Source: an uncultured Dactylococcopsis sp. (GTDB taxonomy: Bacteria; Cyanobacteriota; Cyanobacteriia; Cyanobacteriales; Rubidibacteraceae). Taken from it: a stretch of 64,000 bases of DNA. The stretch covers positions 3,405 to 67,404 of the forward strand of contig CAYXDG010000006.1 in NCBI GenBank assembly GCA_964463655.1, in the 5' to 3' direction. Both the position numbers and the translations under genes were made by a program. This document shows positions 29,530-39,004 of this stretch, piece after piece. The notes beneath the pieces are model-generated. The model saw only the letters and a list, made by a program, of their open reading frames with translations, was not told where the DNA came from and did no database searches. Each line of letters opens with the position of its first letter. The first letter of the stretch is position 1.

Positions 29530-30693
29530 TTAGTGATGGTGATGATGGTGATGATCACCGTGATCATGACTATGATCATGAGCGGAGCTTGATTTTTCGC
29601 TGGCTAAGTGTGGGTTAACCGCTAGTGCTGTTTCTGAGAGAAGGGCTGCGATTTGGTCATTAGCCCAGTCTGCTGCCATTTTCAGAAACTCAGGATGGTC
29701 ATTCGCACAAGCCATTTGCACGAAAGTAACATCTCTGTGCTTGCGCTTCACATCATGGATAATGTGGTCAACATCTAAGAGGGTTTCGTGGTTTTCCGTT
29801 GCAAAGCCAATGGGCATCATGACCACTGCTTTTGCGCCTAATTCAATAAGATTTTTGGCAGCTAAATCAGCATTGGGTTGCGTCCATTCAATGAGAGGGG
29901 TATCATGATTTAACCAGCCTACAGAAATCAAGGGATATTTGTTAATTAATTTCTCGCGCACACTTTCATAAAGTGCTTCACTTTCCATAATGCCAGAAGT
30001 GAAACCTTTTGCTTTATGAGGACAGCCATGATTCATTAAAACAATGCCAATTTCAGAAGGAAGATAAGCGTCTGCGAGTTCGCTTTGAATTTTTTCTTCC
30101 ACTAACTTTGCCATTAAATCAATGTAGTCGGGCTGGTTATAAAAAGAAGGAATATAACGCATTCCTGTTACCCATTGTTCTTTCCCAGAATTGAGTTCCC
30201 GCAAGGCTTCATTGACCTGTTCAACGGCAATGCCACTGGTGAAAATGGAGTCAACGACGAGTAAGGGATAGATTAAAATTTTATTGTATCCCTGTTCTTT
30301 GATTTGCGCTAAAACTTGATTGGGAAGATAAGGTTTACAGAAGTTAAAGGCTTTGAAGACAGAAACTTTGTCGCCCCAAGTTTTTTGTAATTCTTGTTCG
30401 ATTCCTTCCCGTTGTGCTTCAAAGATTTTGTTGTGAGGGGAGATGAAATTGCCATGCTGGTGACTCCATTCGTGGAAGTCAAACATGGCGAGTAATTTCC
30501 CTAGGGGAGGATACATCCAAGTGGGAACGGGTGCGAATTTTGCGGTGAGTAAATTAAGGGCTTGTTCGTTATAATTGGCAAAGTCATCATAACTTTCCAC
30601 TTCGCCATAGCCCATTAATAGTACAGCAACACGATCGCTGCCATTCAAAGTCTCTTGATTGATTTGTTGTGTTGTTTCTGGAGTTGCAACCAC
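29530..30693 (-). CDS. Atypical ferrochelatase-family (class II chelatase) protein with His-rich C-terminus
   Basis: VAVLLMGYG, ILIYPL, MNHGCP, PIGFATENHETL. No CAB tail. Ends HDHSHDHGDHHHHHH. Confidence 0.8.
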   Translation of the reverse strand: MVATPETTQQINQETLNGSDRVAVLLMGYGEVESYDDFANYNEQALNLLTAKFAPVPTWMYPPLGKLLAMFDFHEWSHQHGNFISPHNKIFEAQREGIEQELQKTWGDKVSVFKAFNFCKPYLPNQVLAQIKEQGYNKILIYPLLVVDSIFTSGIAVEQVNEALRELNSGKEQWVTGMRYIPSFYNQPDYIDLMAKLVEEKIQSELADAYLPSEIGIVLMNHGCPHKAKGFTSGIMESEALYESVREKLINKYPLISVGWLNHDTPLIEWTQPNADLAAKNLIELGAKAVVMMPIGFATENHETLLDVDHIIHDVKRKHRDVTFVQMACANDHPEFLKMAADWANDQIAALLSETALAVNPHLASEKSSSAHDHSHDHGDHHHHHHH

Positions 30694-30858
30694 GATTTCT
30701 GTCCTCTTTCGCCTTAAATGTTAAATCAGTTTTAAGAAATAAGCTCAGTCGTGAAAACTGCTGCTAATCCCTCAAATTGAATAGGATATGCTCAAGTTTC
30801 CAACTTATTCAATACTATCCTAACATCCCCTCTAGGGGCATCTGCTGAAAGTAAACCT

Positions 30859-31530
30859 TTAACTAGAAAAAAGTGGTAGGATTAAAGCGATAATGATTCC
30901 TCCTAAAACCAGAGTTTCAGTTATTTTCAAGATGCGATCAGAAACGGGAAATTGCAGACCTCTACGCCAAAAACGGAGTTGATCCTCTTCTCGTCTGTCT
31001 AAAGCAAACATGGAAGTTAATAATGGGATTCCCCCCACTTTGACTCCTAATAAAAGATGTAAGGCGAGACTGATCACAATACCAAGCCACGCCAGCAGAT
31101 GACCGAGATACGCTAAGTGATTCATTTCTCCAGCAGGTAGCCATTCTTCTTTCATCATTCGACCCGTGATCACGGCAAGAGTGGCTGAAATTAACATTAT
31201 AGTGTTGCCTAGACGGTGAAGAGAAACCCACCAAATTGGCTTTCCGACTTGTTGAAACTGACTCAAGGCAGGGGTTTGTAACAAGCGATGTGAGCCAAGA
31301 TGGAAACTGTACAAAGCAAAAACTGGTAAGAATAGAAAAAAAGTCAAAGCGATCGTGCCGTGAATTCCTTGGATATCATTAAGATTGGGTAAAGGAAGAC
31401 TCCCCCAACGTTTGTCATAGGTATTGTAAACCCAAAAACCCGAAATAATTGCTAACAAGACTAAAACTGCGCTCAAGCCATGCAGCAGTCTTAAAAGAAG
31501 AGGTTGATAAGGACGTACTGGTTGCGACAT
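30859..31530 (-). CDS. Cytochrome b/b6 domain membrane protein (Ni/Fe-hydrogenase cyt b-like)
   Basis: TM helices with His ligands (RLLHG, GIHGT, SLHR, GHLLAW, ALHLL). Confidence 0.75.
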   Translation of the reverse strand: MSQPVRPYQPLLLRLLHGLSAVLVLLAIISGFWVYNTYDKRWGSLPLPNLNDIQGIHGTIALTFFLFLPVFALYSFHLGSHRLLQTPALSQFQQVGKPIWWVSLHRLGNTIMLISATLAVITGRMMKEEWLPAGEMNHLAYLGHLLAWLGIVISLALHLLLGVKVGGIPLLTSMFALDRREEDQLRFWRRGLQFPVSDRILKITETLVLGGIIIALILPLFSS

Positions 31531-31587
31531 TGCAATCTAGATTACCAAAAGAAAGAAGGGATATCATCTAATCGCTTCTGATTGTAA

Positions 31588-32766
31588 CTAATTCCCAAGG
31601 GGCGATCGTTCTCTCAAAGCCAGAAAAAAGCCTCCTAAAAGGGCTAAAACCGCAGCGGTATTAAACACCCCAGTTAACCCACCTGCTGCCAAAATGGGGC
31701 TAAAGAGAAGGGGAGAGATAAATTGTCCTAAGAAGCTAGTGCCGATCGCGATCGCGAGAATACTAGACCGCAGACTTTTCGGGGCTAAATTGGACAAACT
31801 GCTGTAAAGATTGGGGAGCGCCAAGCCAAACCCAATCCCAAACACAAGCGCTGAGGTCAGAAGAAAGAGAAATTGTTGGAGAAAGGGGATACTGAACAGA
31901 CTCAACCCCATTAAACCAAAACCGATCGCGATCGTGCCATTGATGGACAACTGTTTAACAATCTTTTTCGAGGCAAAAACGGAAATTAACGCTGCGCCTA
32001 ACGCTCGTATAGCCAGTAAAACACCATTTTCAACCGTTCCCAATCCTAGGGTTTCTTCCAGATACAACGGGGCGTAAATCACTACAGAATACATAATTGC
32101 TGCGGTGAGTGTCACTAATAACAAGCGCTCGATCGCAGCAGCACTGGATAAGAGTTTTCTTAATGTCGTGGATAAGCCAACATTCTCATGGTTTGAGGAG
32201 GATTGAACGTCTGGAAACGCAGACTGACTCATCATCGCTAAGGGAAACGCCACTGCATAAATGATGAACGCATAGCGCCAGTTGATCGATCCGACTCCAC
32301 CCCCTAATAAGGGAAAGATAATTCCTGTAACGGTTAAAACCGCAGTGGCATAAGCCAAGATTTGAGCGCGAGTGTCTTGATCATATAACTTTCCTAACAA
32401 GCCTAAACTCCCCGCAGCGATCCCCCCTGCTGTTGCACCCAGTAACGCTCGACTCGTCAGCAGTAACCAAAAATTGCTGAGGAATGCTCCCATTGTGCCA
32501 AAAATTCCATACAATACCAAGGAAGGAATGAGGACTCGTTTGGGAGAAACCCAATCGGCGACTAAGCCTAAAAGCGGACTGAATAAGGCTAAGGTGAGAG
32601 CATGAACGCTGACTAAATGAGTCGCCAGAGCGCGATCGAAGTTGAGGTCGTTAATCACTTGTGGTAACACTGGGGCAACCAACCCCCCTGTCATGGTAAT
32701 CAACGCACCCGTGGCTAAAATAATAAACTTTCGACTTGACTCTCCTTGCACCCATTGATGTCTCAT
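31588..32766 (-). CDS. MFS transporter
   Basis: About 12 hydrophobic segments, GLVADWVSPKRV motif-A-like, SRALLG. Confidence 0.9.
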   Translation of the reverse strand: MRHQWVQGESSRKFIILATGALITMTGGLVAPVLPQVINDLNFDRALATHLVSVHALTLALFSPLLGLVADWVSPKRVLIPSLVLYGIFGTMGAFLSNFWLLLTSRALLGATAGGIAAGSLGLLGKLYDQDTRAQILAYATAVLTVTGIIFPLLGGGVGSINWRYAFIIYAVAFPLAMMSQSAFPDVQSSSNHENVGLSTTLRKLLSSAAAIERLLLVTLTAAIMYSVVIYAPLYLEETLGLGTVENGVLLAIRALGAALISVFASKKIVKQLSINGTIAIGFGLMGLSLFSIPFLQQFLFLLTSALVFGIGFGLALPNLYSSLSNLAPKSLRSSILAIAIGTSFLGQFISPLLFSPILAAGGLTGVFNTAAVLALLGGFFLALRERSPLGN

Positions 32767-32773
32767 GCTTTTG

Positions 32774-32815
32774 TTATTGGTTATTGGTTATTGGTTATTG
32801 GTTATTGGTTATGGG
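32774..32815. repeat. Heptamer tandem repeat (TTATTGG)x5 plus 1 imperfect copy
   Basis: Direct reading. Reverse complement of the 48428 tract unit. Confidence 0.95.
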
Positions 32816-32819
32816 TTCT

Positions 32820-32864
32820 CCCCTTATTAAGCCAGAGCAAAGCGTGAGGAGGCTAGGGGGGATC
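32820..32864. repeat. Small dispersed repeat CCCCTTATTAAG...GTGAGGAGGCTAGGGGGGATC
   Basis: Aligns with 59277-59319. Confidence 0.7.
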
Positions 32865-32994
32865 GTTCTTCGGGATACAACTTGTGGTAGTTAACACGCG
32901 AAGCACCATGAACCATGAACCTAGGAGCAACAGGCGAAGCATTATTAATTATTCTCTGATATTCTGGAGACAAAACGCTTACTGGGATGAGGAC

Positions 32995-34077
32995 GTGGTA
33001 CAAACAAAATTTTGGCAAGAAGTGATGACCACTTCTGGAAAAGGTTTATTAATTGCTTTGATTGTCACAATTGTTGGCAGTGCGATCGCCCTTGATTATT
33101 TAGTAAACCCTAATGATGGCGTTACCCTACCCCTATTGCTCTCTATTTTAGGCAGTGCTGGCGCTGGTGTCATCATCATTCCCATATTAAAACGACTGAA
33201 AGCCGGACAGTTTATTCGCGAAGACGGCCCCCAAAGTCACTTGAAAAAGGCGGGAACTCCCACAATGGGCGGAATCTTCTTCATGCCGATCGCACTCCTG
33301 ATCGCCATTCTCTGGTCAAAGTTTAATCCCCAAGTGATCGCTGTGTCACTGGCTACCTTGAGTTATGGGCTGATTGGCTTTGTGGATGATTGGCAGATTT
33401 TGGTGAAAAAGTCAAATCAAGGGATTTCACCGCGTCTGAAGTTAGGCTTACAAATTCTAAGTGCGATCGCATTCTCTGCGTGGTTGGCGTTTCAGTCTGC
33501 TTCCGAGATGACGAATGTTCCTCTTCCGTTTGGAATCATTCTCCCTCTGGGAGTCTTCTATTGGGGATTAGCAGTATTTGTGTTTGCGGCGGAAAGTAAC
33601 GCAACCAATCTCACCGATGGAGTCGATGGTTTAGCTGGAGGCACTTGCGCGATCGCCTTTTTAGGGTTAACGGCGATTCTTCTTACCTCTGATCCAGACT
33701 TGGCACTTTTTTGTGCTTGTGTCAGTGGTGCTTGTGTCGGGTTTGTTGTCCATAACCGCAACCCAGCAAAAGTTTTTATGGGAGATACGGGATCATTGGC
33801 ATTAGGTGGTGCTTTGGCGGCAGTGGGAGTCAGCACTCAACAACTCTTCCCCCTCTTCCTTCTCAGTGGTATTTTCTTCGCGGAATCCCTTTCGGTTATT
33901 GCACAGGTGAGTTACTACAAAGCAACCAAGGATGAAAATGGGATCGGAAAACGATTGTTTAAGATGGCCCCCCTTCATCATCATTTAGAACTCAGTGGCT
34001 GGTCAGAAATCCAGATTGTTGGCGCTTTTTACGCGATCGCCCTTCTGCTTACGATTATTACTTTTTTCTCAGTTTAA
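32995..34077 (+). CDS. mraY: Phospho-N-acetylmuramoyl-pentapeptide transferase
   Basis: KAGTPTMGG, GFVDD, NATNLTDGVDGL, FMGDTGS, MAPLHHHLE. Start uncertain (GTG 32995 after GAGGA, or ATG 33025). Confidence 0.95.
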   Translation: MVQTKFWQEVMTTSGKGLLIALIVTIVGSAIALDYLVNPNDGVTLPLLLSILGSAGAGVIIIPILKRLKAGQFIREDGPQSHLKKAGTPTMGGIFFMPIALLIAILWSKFNPQVIAVSLATLSYGLIGFVDDWQILVKKSNQGISPRLKLGLQILSAIAFSAWLAFQSASEMTNVPLPFGIILPLGVFYWGLAVFVFAAESNATNLTDGVDGLAGGTCAIAFLGLTAILLTSDPDLALFCACVSGACVGFVVHNRNPAKVFMGDTGSLALGGALAAVGVSTQQLFPLFLLSGIFFAESLSVIAQVSYYKATKDENGIGKRLFKMAPLHHHLELSGWSEIQIVGAFYAIALLLTIITFFSV

Positions 34078-34085
34078 AGAAATAA

Positions 34086-35375
34086 CTATAGGGATTTTGC
34101 CGATCGCCAATAAGAAAGATTAATCGGACTTTTATGGATAGTCAGAGCAATATTTAGGGTTTCTAAAGACTTAAATAACCAATGGGCTTCTTGTCTTGGG
34201 GTATTTTCATAATGATTGTACAAAATGGCAAGGCGACTGGTTAAATAAGGATAAAGTTTATCCGATAGTAGTAAAATTTTTAAGAGTAGCCCGATCGTCT
34301 GAGTCGGCCCTAAATTCGTCACCAAATCCAAATAAAAATAGTGGTTAATGTTGTAACGACTTTCTACCACTAAAAACTTTAATAAACTATTAGCTAGGCG
34401 CAGCATTAACTGTTCATTAGGTTTCTGTTGATCCCATTCTTTCAAAGTCCGTTTGATCTGAGTAGCAATCCGTTTATTGAAATGCTGTCTCTGATAGGGA
34501 GTATTAATCGAGGAGGTGAGATATTCATAAAGGTCTCTTTTATAAACTTTTAAGGTATCCGCTTTACTACTATGAATCAAAAAACGTCTGGCTAAATCTT
34601 GATAAGTTGACTTTCCTTCTACCCCACTAATAAAATGTTGTAAAGTGGCAATTAAGTCTGGCTCTTTGAGTAAAGTTGGATTGGGAATCTGCTGTTCAAA
34701 ACCTTGTTCTTTTGAGAAAGACTTAAACGGCTTAGCAAATCCAGATAAGCGAATTTGATTCGTAACATAATTCGCTAAAGATAATTCAAATTCGCGCTCC
34801 TTTTGAACCTGAATATTTTTTAAAGTTGTCACGGTATGAGAATAAACTTCAGTGGGAAAAATGCAATCTTGAAATAAAAATGGATAACGCCCTAATAGGG
34901 TAGAGAAAGGTTGAGATTTATCTTTTTGGGCTGCTTCATCAACAGTAAATAAACCTGGCAAGCGCTGCAGCTTCAAATAATAGTTGCTTTTGATAAAACG
35001 AGCAACTTGTTCTCTAATGCGACGACAAGAATGGGTTTGAGAACGGAAAAGAGACTGACTTTCTTGAAAAATTTTAATCAATTCGCTAATAAATTGCTGT
35101 TGTTCTGGTGACTCTCTTAACCAGTGATTAATTACAATATAACAGCAATTGTTAATAAAACTAGGAAAGTCCATTTCAGGATCATCAGTCTTAGCAAGTT
35201 GCTCTAAAGTCTCACGAATTTCTGGGTTTTCGTAGCCAGTAGCTACGATAAAAAGATGATGATAGCGTCGGATTACTTTGTCAGGTGGTTCTTGTTGAAC
35301 ACAGGATTCTAAGTGTTCATAAATTTGTTCTTGCTTCTGATAGATTGCTGACACTTGAGTTGGCATTTTTAGCAA
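34086..35375 (-). CDS. Hypothetical protein (429 aa, predicted helical)
   Basis: Long ORF with no catalytic motif that I recognise. Confidence 0.75.
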   Translation of the reverse strand: MLKMPTQVSAIYQKQEQIYEHLESCVQQEPPDKVIRRYHHLFIVATGYENPEIRETLEQLAKTDDPEMDFPSFINNCCYIVINHWLRESPEQQQFISELIKIFQESQSLFRSQTHSCRRIREQVARFIKSNYYLKLQRLPGLFTVDEAAQKDKSQPFSTLLGRYPFLFQDCIFPTEVYSHTVTTLKNIQVQKEREFELSLANYVTNQIRLSGFAKPFKSFSKEQGFEQQIPNPTLLKEPDLIATLQHFISGVEGKSTYQDLARRFLIHSSKADTLKVYKRDLYEYLTSSINTPYQRQHFNKRIATQIKRTLKEWDQQKPNEQLMLRLANSLLKFLVVESRYNINHYFYLDLVTNLGPTQTIGLLLKILLLSDKLYPYLTSRLAILYNHYENTPRQEAHWLFKSLETLNIALTIHKSPINLSYWRSAKSL

Positions 35376-35474
35376 AAAATGAGATAAAAATGGACAAGGG
35401 TTAAAATAAAATAGGTATTACCAATAATTTTCAGTTAGAAAACGCTCTCAATTTTAATTAAGGACAGTAGAAAT

Positions 35475-36827
35475 ATGATAACTTTGTCTATGTTAGCAGA
35501 AATTATTCATCCCTTTAACTTGATCCTCAGTGAGGATTGGAGAGAGCAAAAAGTTAGTGGGATTAGTACCGATACCCGAACTCTCAAATCGGGAGAAGTC
35601 TTTGTAGCGTTGCGAGGGGAAAATTTTGATGGTCATGATTTTCTTGAAAGTGCTTTGTCGGCCCAAGCAAGCGCCGTCATTGTCAATCGGGATTTTACAG
35701 GAAATCTTCCCTCTTCTGTTGCACAATTTTATGTGGAAAATACGTTAACCGCTTATCAACAAATTGCTCATTGGTGGCGACAGCAACATCAAATCCCTGT
35801 AATTGGAATCACAGGATCAGTTGGAAAAACAACCACGAAAGAGTTGATTGCTTCGGTGTTATCTGAGTATGGTCGAGTTTTAAAGACAGAAGGGAATGAA
35901 AATAATGAAATTGGTGTCCCCAAAACTTTATTGCGTCTGACCTCAGACCATGACTATGCGGTGGTGGAAATGGCGATGCGAGCGCGGGGAGAAATTGCCC
36001 AACTTACGGATATTGTTCAGCCAAGCATTGGTTTAATTACTAATGTGGGAACGGCTCATATTGGTCGGTTGGGGTCGCGAGAGGCGATCGCGCAGGCTAA
36101 ATGTGAACTCTTAGCGCAGATGCCGAAGCAGTCTCTTGCTATTTTAAATCAGGATAACGAACGCTTAATCAAGACCGCAGCAACACTCTGGCAAGGAAAA
36201 ACCCTCACCTATGGACTAACAGGGGGCGATCTGCAAGGGCAAGTTTCTGGGGAAATGCTCACCGTTGGAGAGTTCAACTTTCCTTTACCCTTACCAGGAG
36301 TTCACAATGCCTCTAATTATCTGGCCGCCTTAGCTGTGGCACAAGCGCTTAACCTCGATTTAACCCCTTTTCAAAAAGGAATTACCGTGCAACTGCCAGG
36401 AGCGCGATCGCGCCGTTATTCTCTTGCCAATGACATTGTTTTTCTTGATGAAACCTATAATGCAGGAGTAGAATCGATGATCGCCTCCCTCAAGCTCTTA
36501 AAAGAAACCCCAGGCGATCGTCACCTTGCCGTTTTAGGCACAATGAAAGAACTAGGAGATCAGTCTTTAGCTTTACATCGTCAAGTAGGAGAAACCGTTG
36601 CCCAACTTAACCTTGACTATCTGTTGGTGTTAGCGGATGAGCCAGAAACGGAAGAAATGGCCCGCGCTGCCAGTTCGATTCCTAGTGAATGTTTTGACAA
36701 TCAAGCTGAAGTGATCCAACACTTAAAAACCCTCATCCAATCAGGCGATCGCGTTTTATTCAAAGCCTCTCATGCGGTGGGTCTAGGAGAAGTTTTAGAC
36801 CAATTGCGAACATTGATGTCCTCTTAA
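35475..36827 (+). CDS. murF: UDP-N-acetylmuramoyl-tripeptide--D-Ala-D-Ala ligase
   Basis: GITGSVGKTTTKE, NEIGVP, DETYNAG, FKASH. Confidence 0.95.
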   Translation: MITLSMLAEIIHPFNLILSEDWREQKVSGISTDTRTLKSGEVFVALRGENFDGHDFLESALSAQASAVIVNRDFTGNLPSSVAQFYVENTLTAYQQIAHWWRQQHQIPVIGITGSVGKTTTKELIASVLSEYGRVLKTEGNENNEIGVPKTLLRLTSDHDYAVVEMAMRARGEIAQLTDIVQPSIGLITNVGTAHIGRLGSREAIAQAKCELLAQMPKQSLAILNQDNERLIKTAATLWQGKTLTYGLTGGDLQGQVSGEMLTVGEFNFPLPLPGVHNASNYLAALAVAQALNLDLTPFQKGITVQLPGARSRRYSLANDIVFLDETYNAGVESMIASLKLLKETPGDRHLAVLGTMKELGDQSLALHRQVGETVAQLNLDYLLVLADEPETEEMARAASSIPSECFDNQAEVIQHLKTLIQSGDRVLFKASHAVGLGEVLDQLRTLMSS

Positions 36828-37396
36828 TCAACTGCTTTAAACCTGTGTCATTACTTCTTCTGAATGTTGTAGAAGGAAAAAGAAAAGGAATTCGTCTCAA
36901 AAAAATCAAGGCGTTCCTTTTAGATTCAAAGTTTCAAAATAGAGAGTATCAAATTGATCCCTCAATCTGTGGGCTAACTTCCAAAACCAATCTCGCCTTT
37001 GATTAGCAACTTTCTCATGACAACGAGCCAGATGTTTTCTCGCTTTCTCTCTACCTCTCGAACCGTTTTGCTTTCGAGATAAATGTTTGTTAGCTTTCCG
37101 AATCTTTTTAAGGGAACGCTTTAAAAATAGAGGAGAATGAATCTCAAATCCTTCTGAACAAGTTAAAAACTTTTCAACCCAAAATCAAATCCAGCGATTT
37201 TATAGCAGTACACAATTAGGTTAGGACATTTAATGTGGCCGGGAGTGCGACCGTCTCGGTCGCTACTATTCTCCAGAATGTCCCAAACAAAACCTGTAGC
37301 GCTATATAACTTAGACTGGACTAACCCAACAACAATCAACATAAATGTCAATTATTGTTCAGTGATTCGCTTAGTCTAAGTAACCAGACCATTGGT

Positions 37397-39004
37397 TTAT
37401 TGAGTTTCCTTGATCGCAGTGATCAGATCAAGAGGAATAATCTCTGTTTCGGGATAGTAGAAAGAGAGAATTTCTGGTGCTGACCAACCTTGTTGAGCGA
37501 GGTAACGTGCCCCCATTTGGCTTAATCCCACACCATGACCAAAACCACCCCCAACGAAGCGATAACCTTGGAGGATTTCCTGATCATTGCGGATCGGATC
37601 AATGTAAAACAGGGTGCTACGAGGGGGTCCGAAGGCGCTGCGGACTTCTGTTTTTTCTAAGGTGATGATTCCTTGGTCGGTTTCAACATCTATTTTGATA
37701 ATGCGCCCAGATCGCGATCGCGCCGTGACATTCATTTCCTTAATCTCAGTTATCTCTTCAGCAAGGGGATGATTAATGCGAGTGAGATATTTTTGTAAAT
37801 TCTCTGTTAGTTGAGTAATAGTGCTTTGACGTTCCCAGCGAAAAGCTGACGTTCCTGTTTCATTAAACCCTTGTTTTTGGTTGATAAAGGCGCGAAAATT
37901 CTCTTCATCGCTGAGGGGACGTTTTTCTAAATCCCAAACCGCTTGCGCCGAGTCAACCACCGATCGCAGATAGGGGCGTTGGCGACCATCCCAAATATCG
38001 CTAAAAAACGCTGTCACACCGCCTGTGGTGGAAGAATAGAGAGCATCTACTAATTCTCCCTCATAACTGAGGACTTGTTTAGCGGTTTCAGCGATCGCGC
38101 GATCGCTGCGTTCATTGGTTTCACTGAGTCCCCAATAAACCTGACAATGGGTATTAGCACAAATTTCATAATCATCTGCTGCAAACCGATGCAAATTCCG
38201 CAAAGCATAGGTACGCGCAATAATCGCTTGGGCTTTCACCGCTTCTAGGGGAGCTTGGGGGCCAATTTCATGAGGAACAACCCCTCGCAAATAGGCTTCT
38301 ACAGGAACAATATTAACGAGGGTGTAATGGCCATAAGAATTGGGCTGTAGCCGTAATTCTCCTGGATAGAGGCGACGAGGGGCATCAGGAGCATTCACAT
38401 AGATCAGTTCCTGTTGATGGCGAATTTCTAGCGTTTCTGGAGTGTAGCTTTTTTCACCAACCACCAGCGACACTGCTACCAATTCTTCTAGGACTTCAGT
38501 TGCTAAATAGGGGGTATCATAGCCCTCATTTTGTAAACTTTCTAGCAATAACCGCCGTAATAAGGGGGTGTGATAGACACTGGGGTCAGCCCAAACTTGC
38601 CAGCGTTCTGGCTGGGTCACTTCCACCTTCAAGCCGAGAGTCGCCCAGTTTTGGGCGCTGGTTTCGGCGGTTTCAAAGGTGGCATGATCGCTGAGAACCA
38701 CACGCTCTCGAACTTTTGGTTGAGGGAGTGGTACGGTTTTAATCTCTAATGTGATGCGATCGCTGCTGAGGGTTTGGGTTTCCCCATTGTCTTCTAAGGT
38801 GATTGTTAAGGGGGTTTGATTGGGGCTAGTGATGGTCATTTCATCTTTTAGTTCCTCTCCGAAGCGCTGCACAATGCCCACTTCTATGGGAAATGATTCA
38901 CTTTTTGCTGCGATTGCGCTCAAGATAGGAAACACGGCGATCAAACTGATTATCGAGACAAGGCACTTGTCAGCAATCCCCCTTTGATTTTTCTGATTCA
39001 TCAT
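37397..39004 (-). CDS. SpoIID/LytB domain protein
   Basis: YLRGVVPHEI, KAQAIIARTYA, HCQVYWG, GFGHGVGLSQMGA. Confidence 0.9.
   Translation of the reverse strand: MMNQKNQRGIADKCLVSIISLIAVFPILSAIAAKSESFPIEVGIVQRFGEELKDEMTITSPNQTPLTITLEDNGETQTLSSDRITLEIKTVPLPQPKVRERVVLSDHATFETAETSAQNWATLGLKVEVTQPERWQVWADPSVYHTPLLRRLLLESLQNEGYDTPYLATEVLEELVAVSLVVGEKSYTPETLEIRHQQELIYVNAPDAPRRLYPGELRLQPNSYGHYTLVNIVPVEAYLRGVVPHEIGPQAPLEAVKAQAIIARTYALRNLHRFAADDYEICANTHCQVYWGLSETNERSDRAIAETAKQVLSYEGELVDALYSSTTGGVTAFFSDIWDGRQRPYLRSVVDSAQAVWDLEKRPLSDEENFRAFINQKQGFNETGTSAFRWERQSTITQLTENLQKYLTRINHPLAEEITEIKEMNVTARSRSGRIIKIDVETDQGIITLEKTEVRSAFGPPRSTLFYIDPIRNDQEILQGYRFVGGGFGHGVGLSQMGARYLAQQGWSAPEILSFYYPETEIIPLDLITAIKETQ

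Noticed and set aside
37050-37190. Possible CRISPR leader plus eroded repeat (ACCTCTCGAA...TTAG CTTTCCGAATCTTTTTAAGGGAAC)
   Set aside because: Only a vague resemblance to CTTTCC-type cyanobacterial repeats. No second convincing repeat, no spacers and no cas genes in the window.
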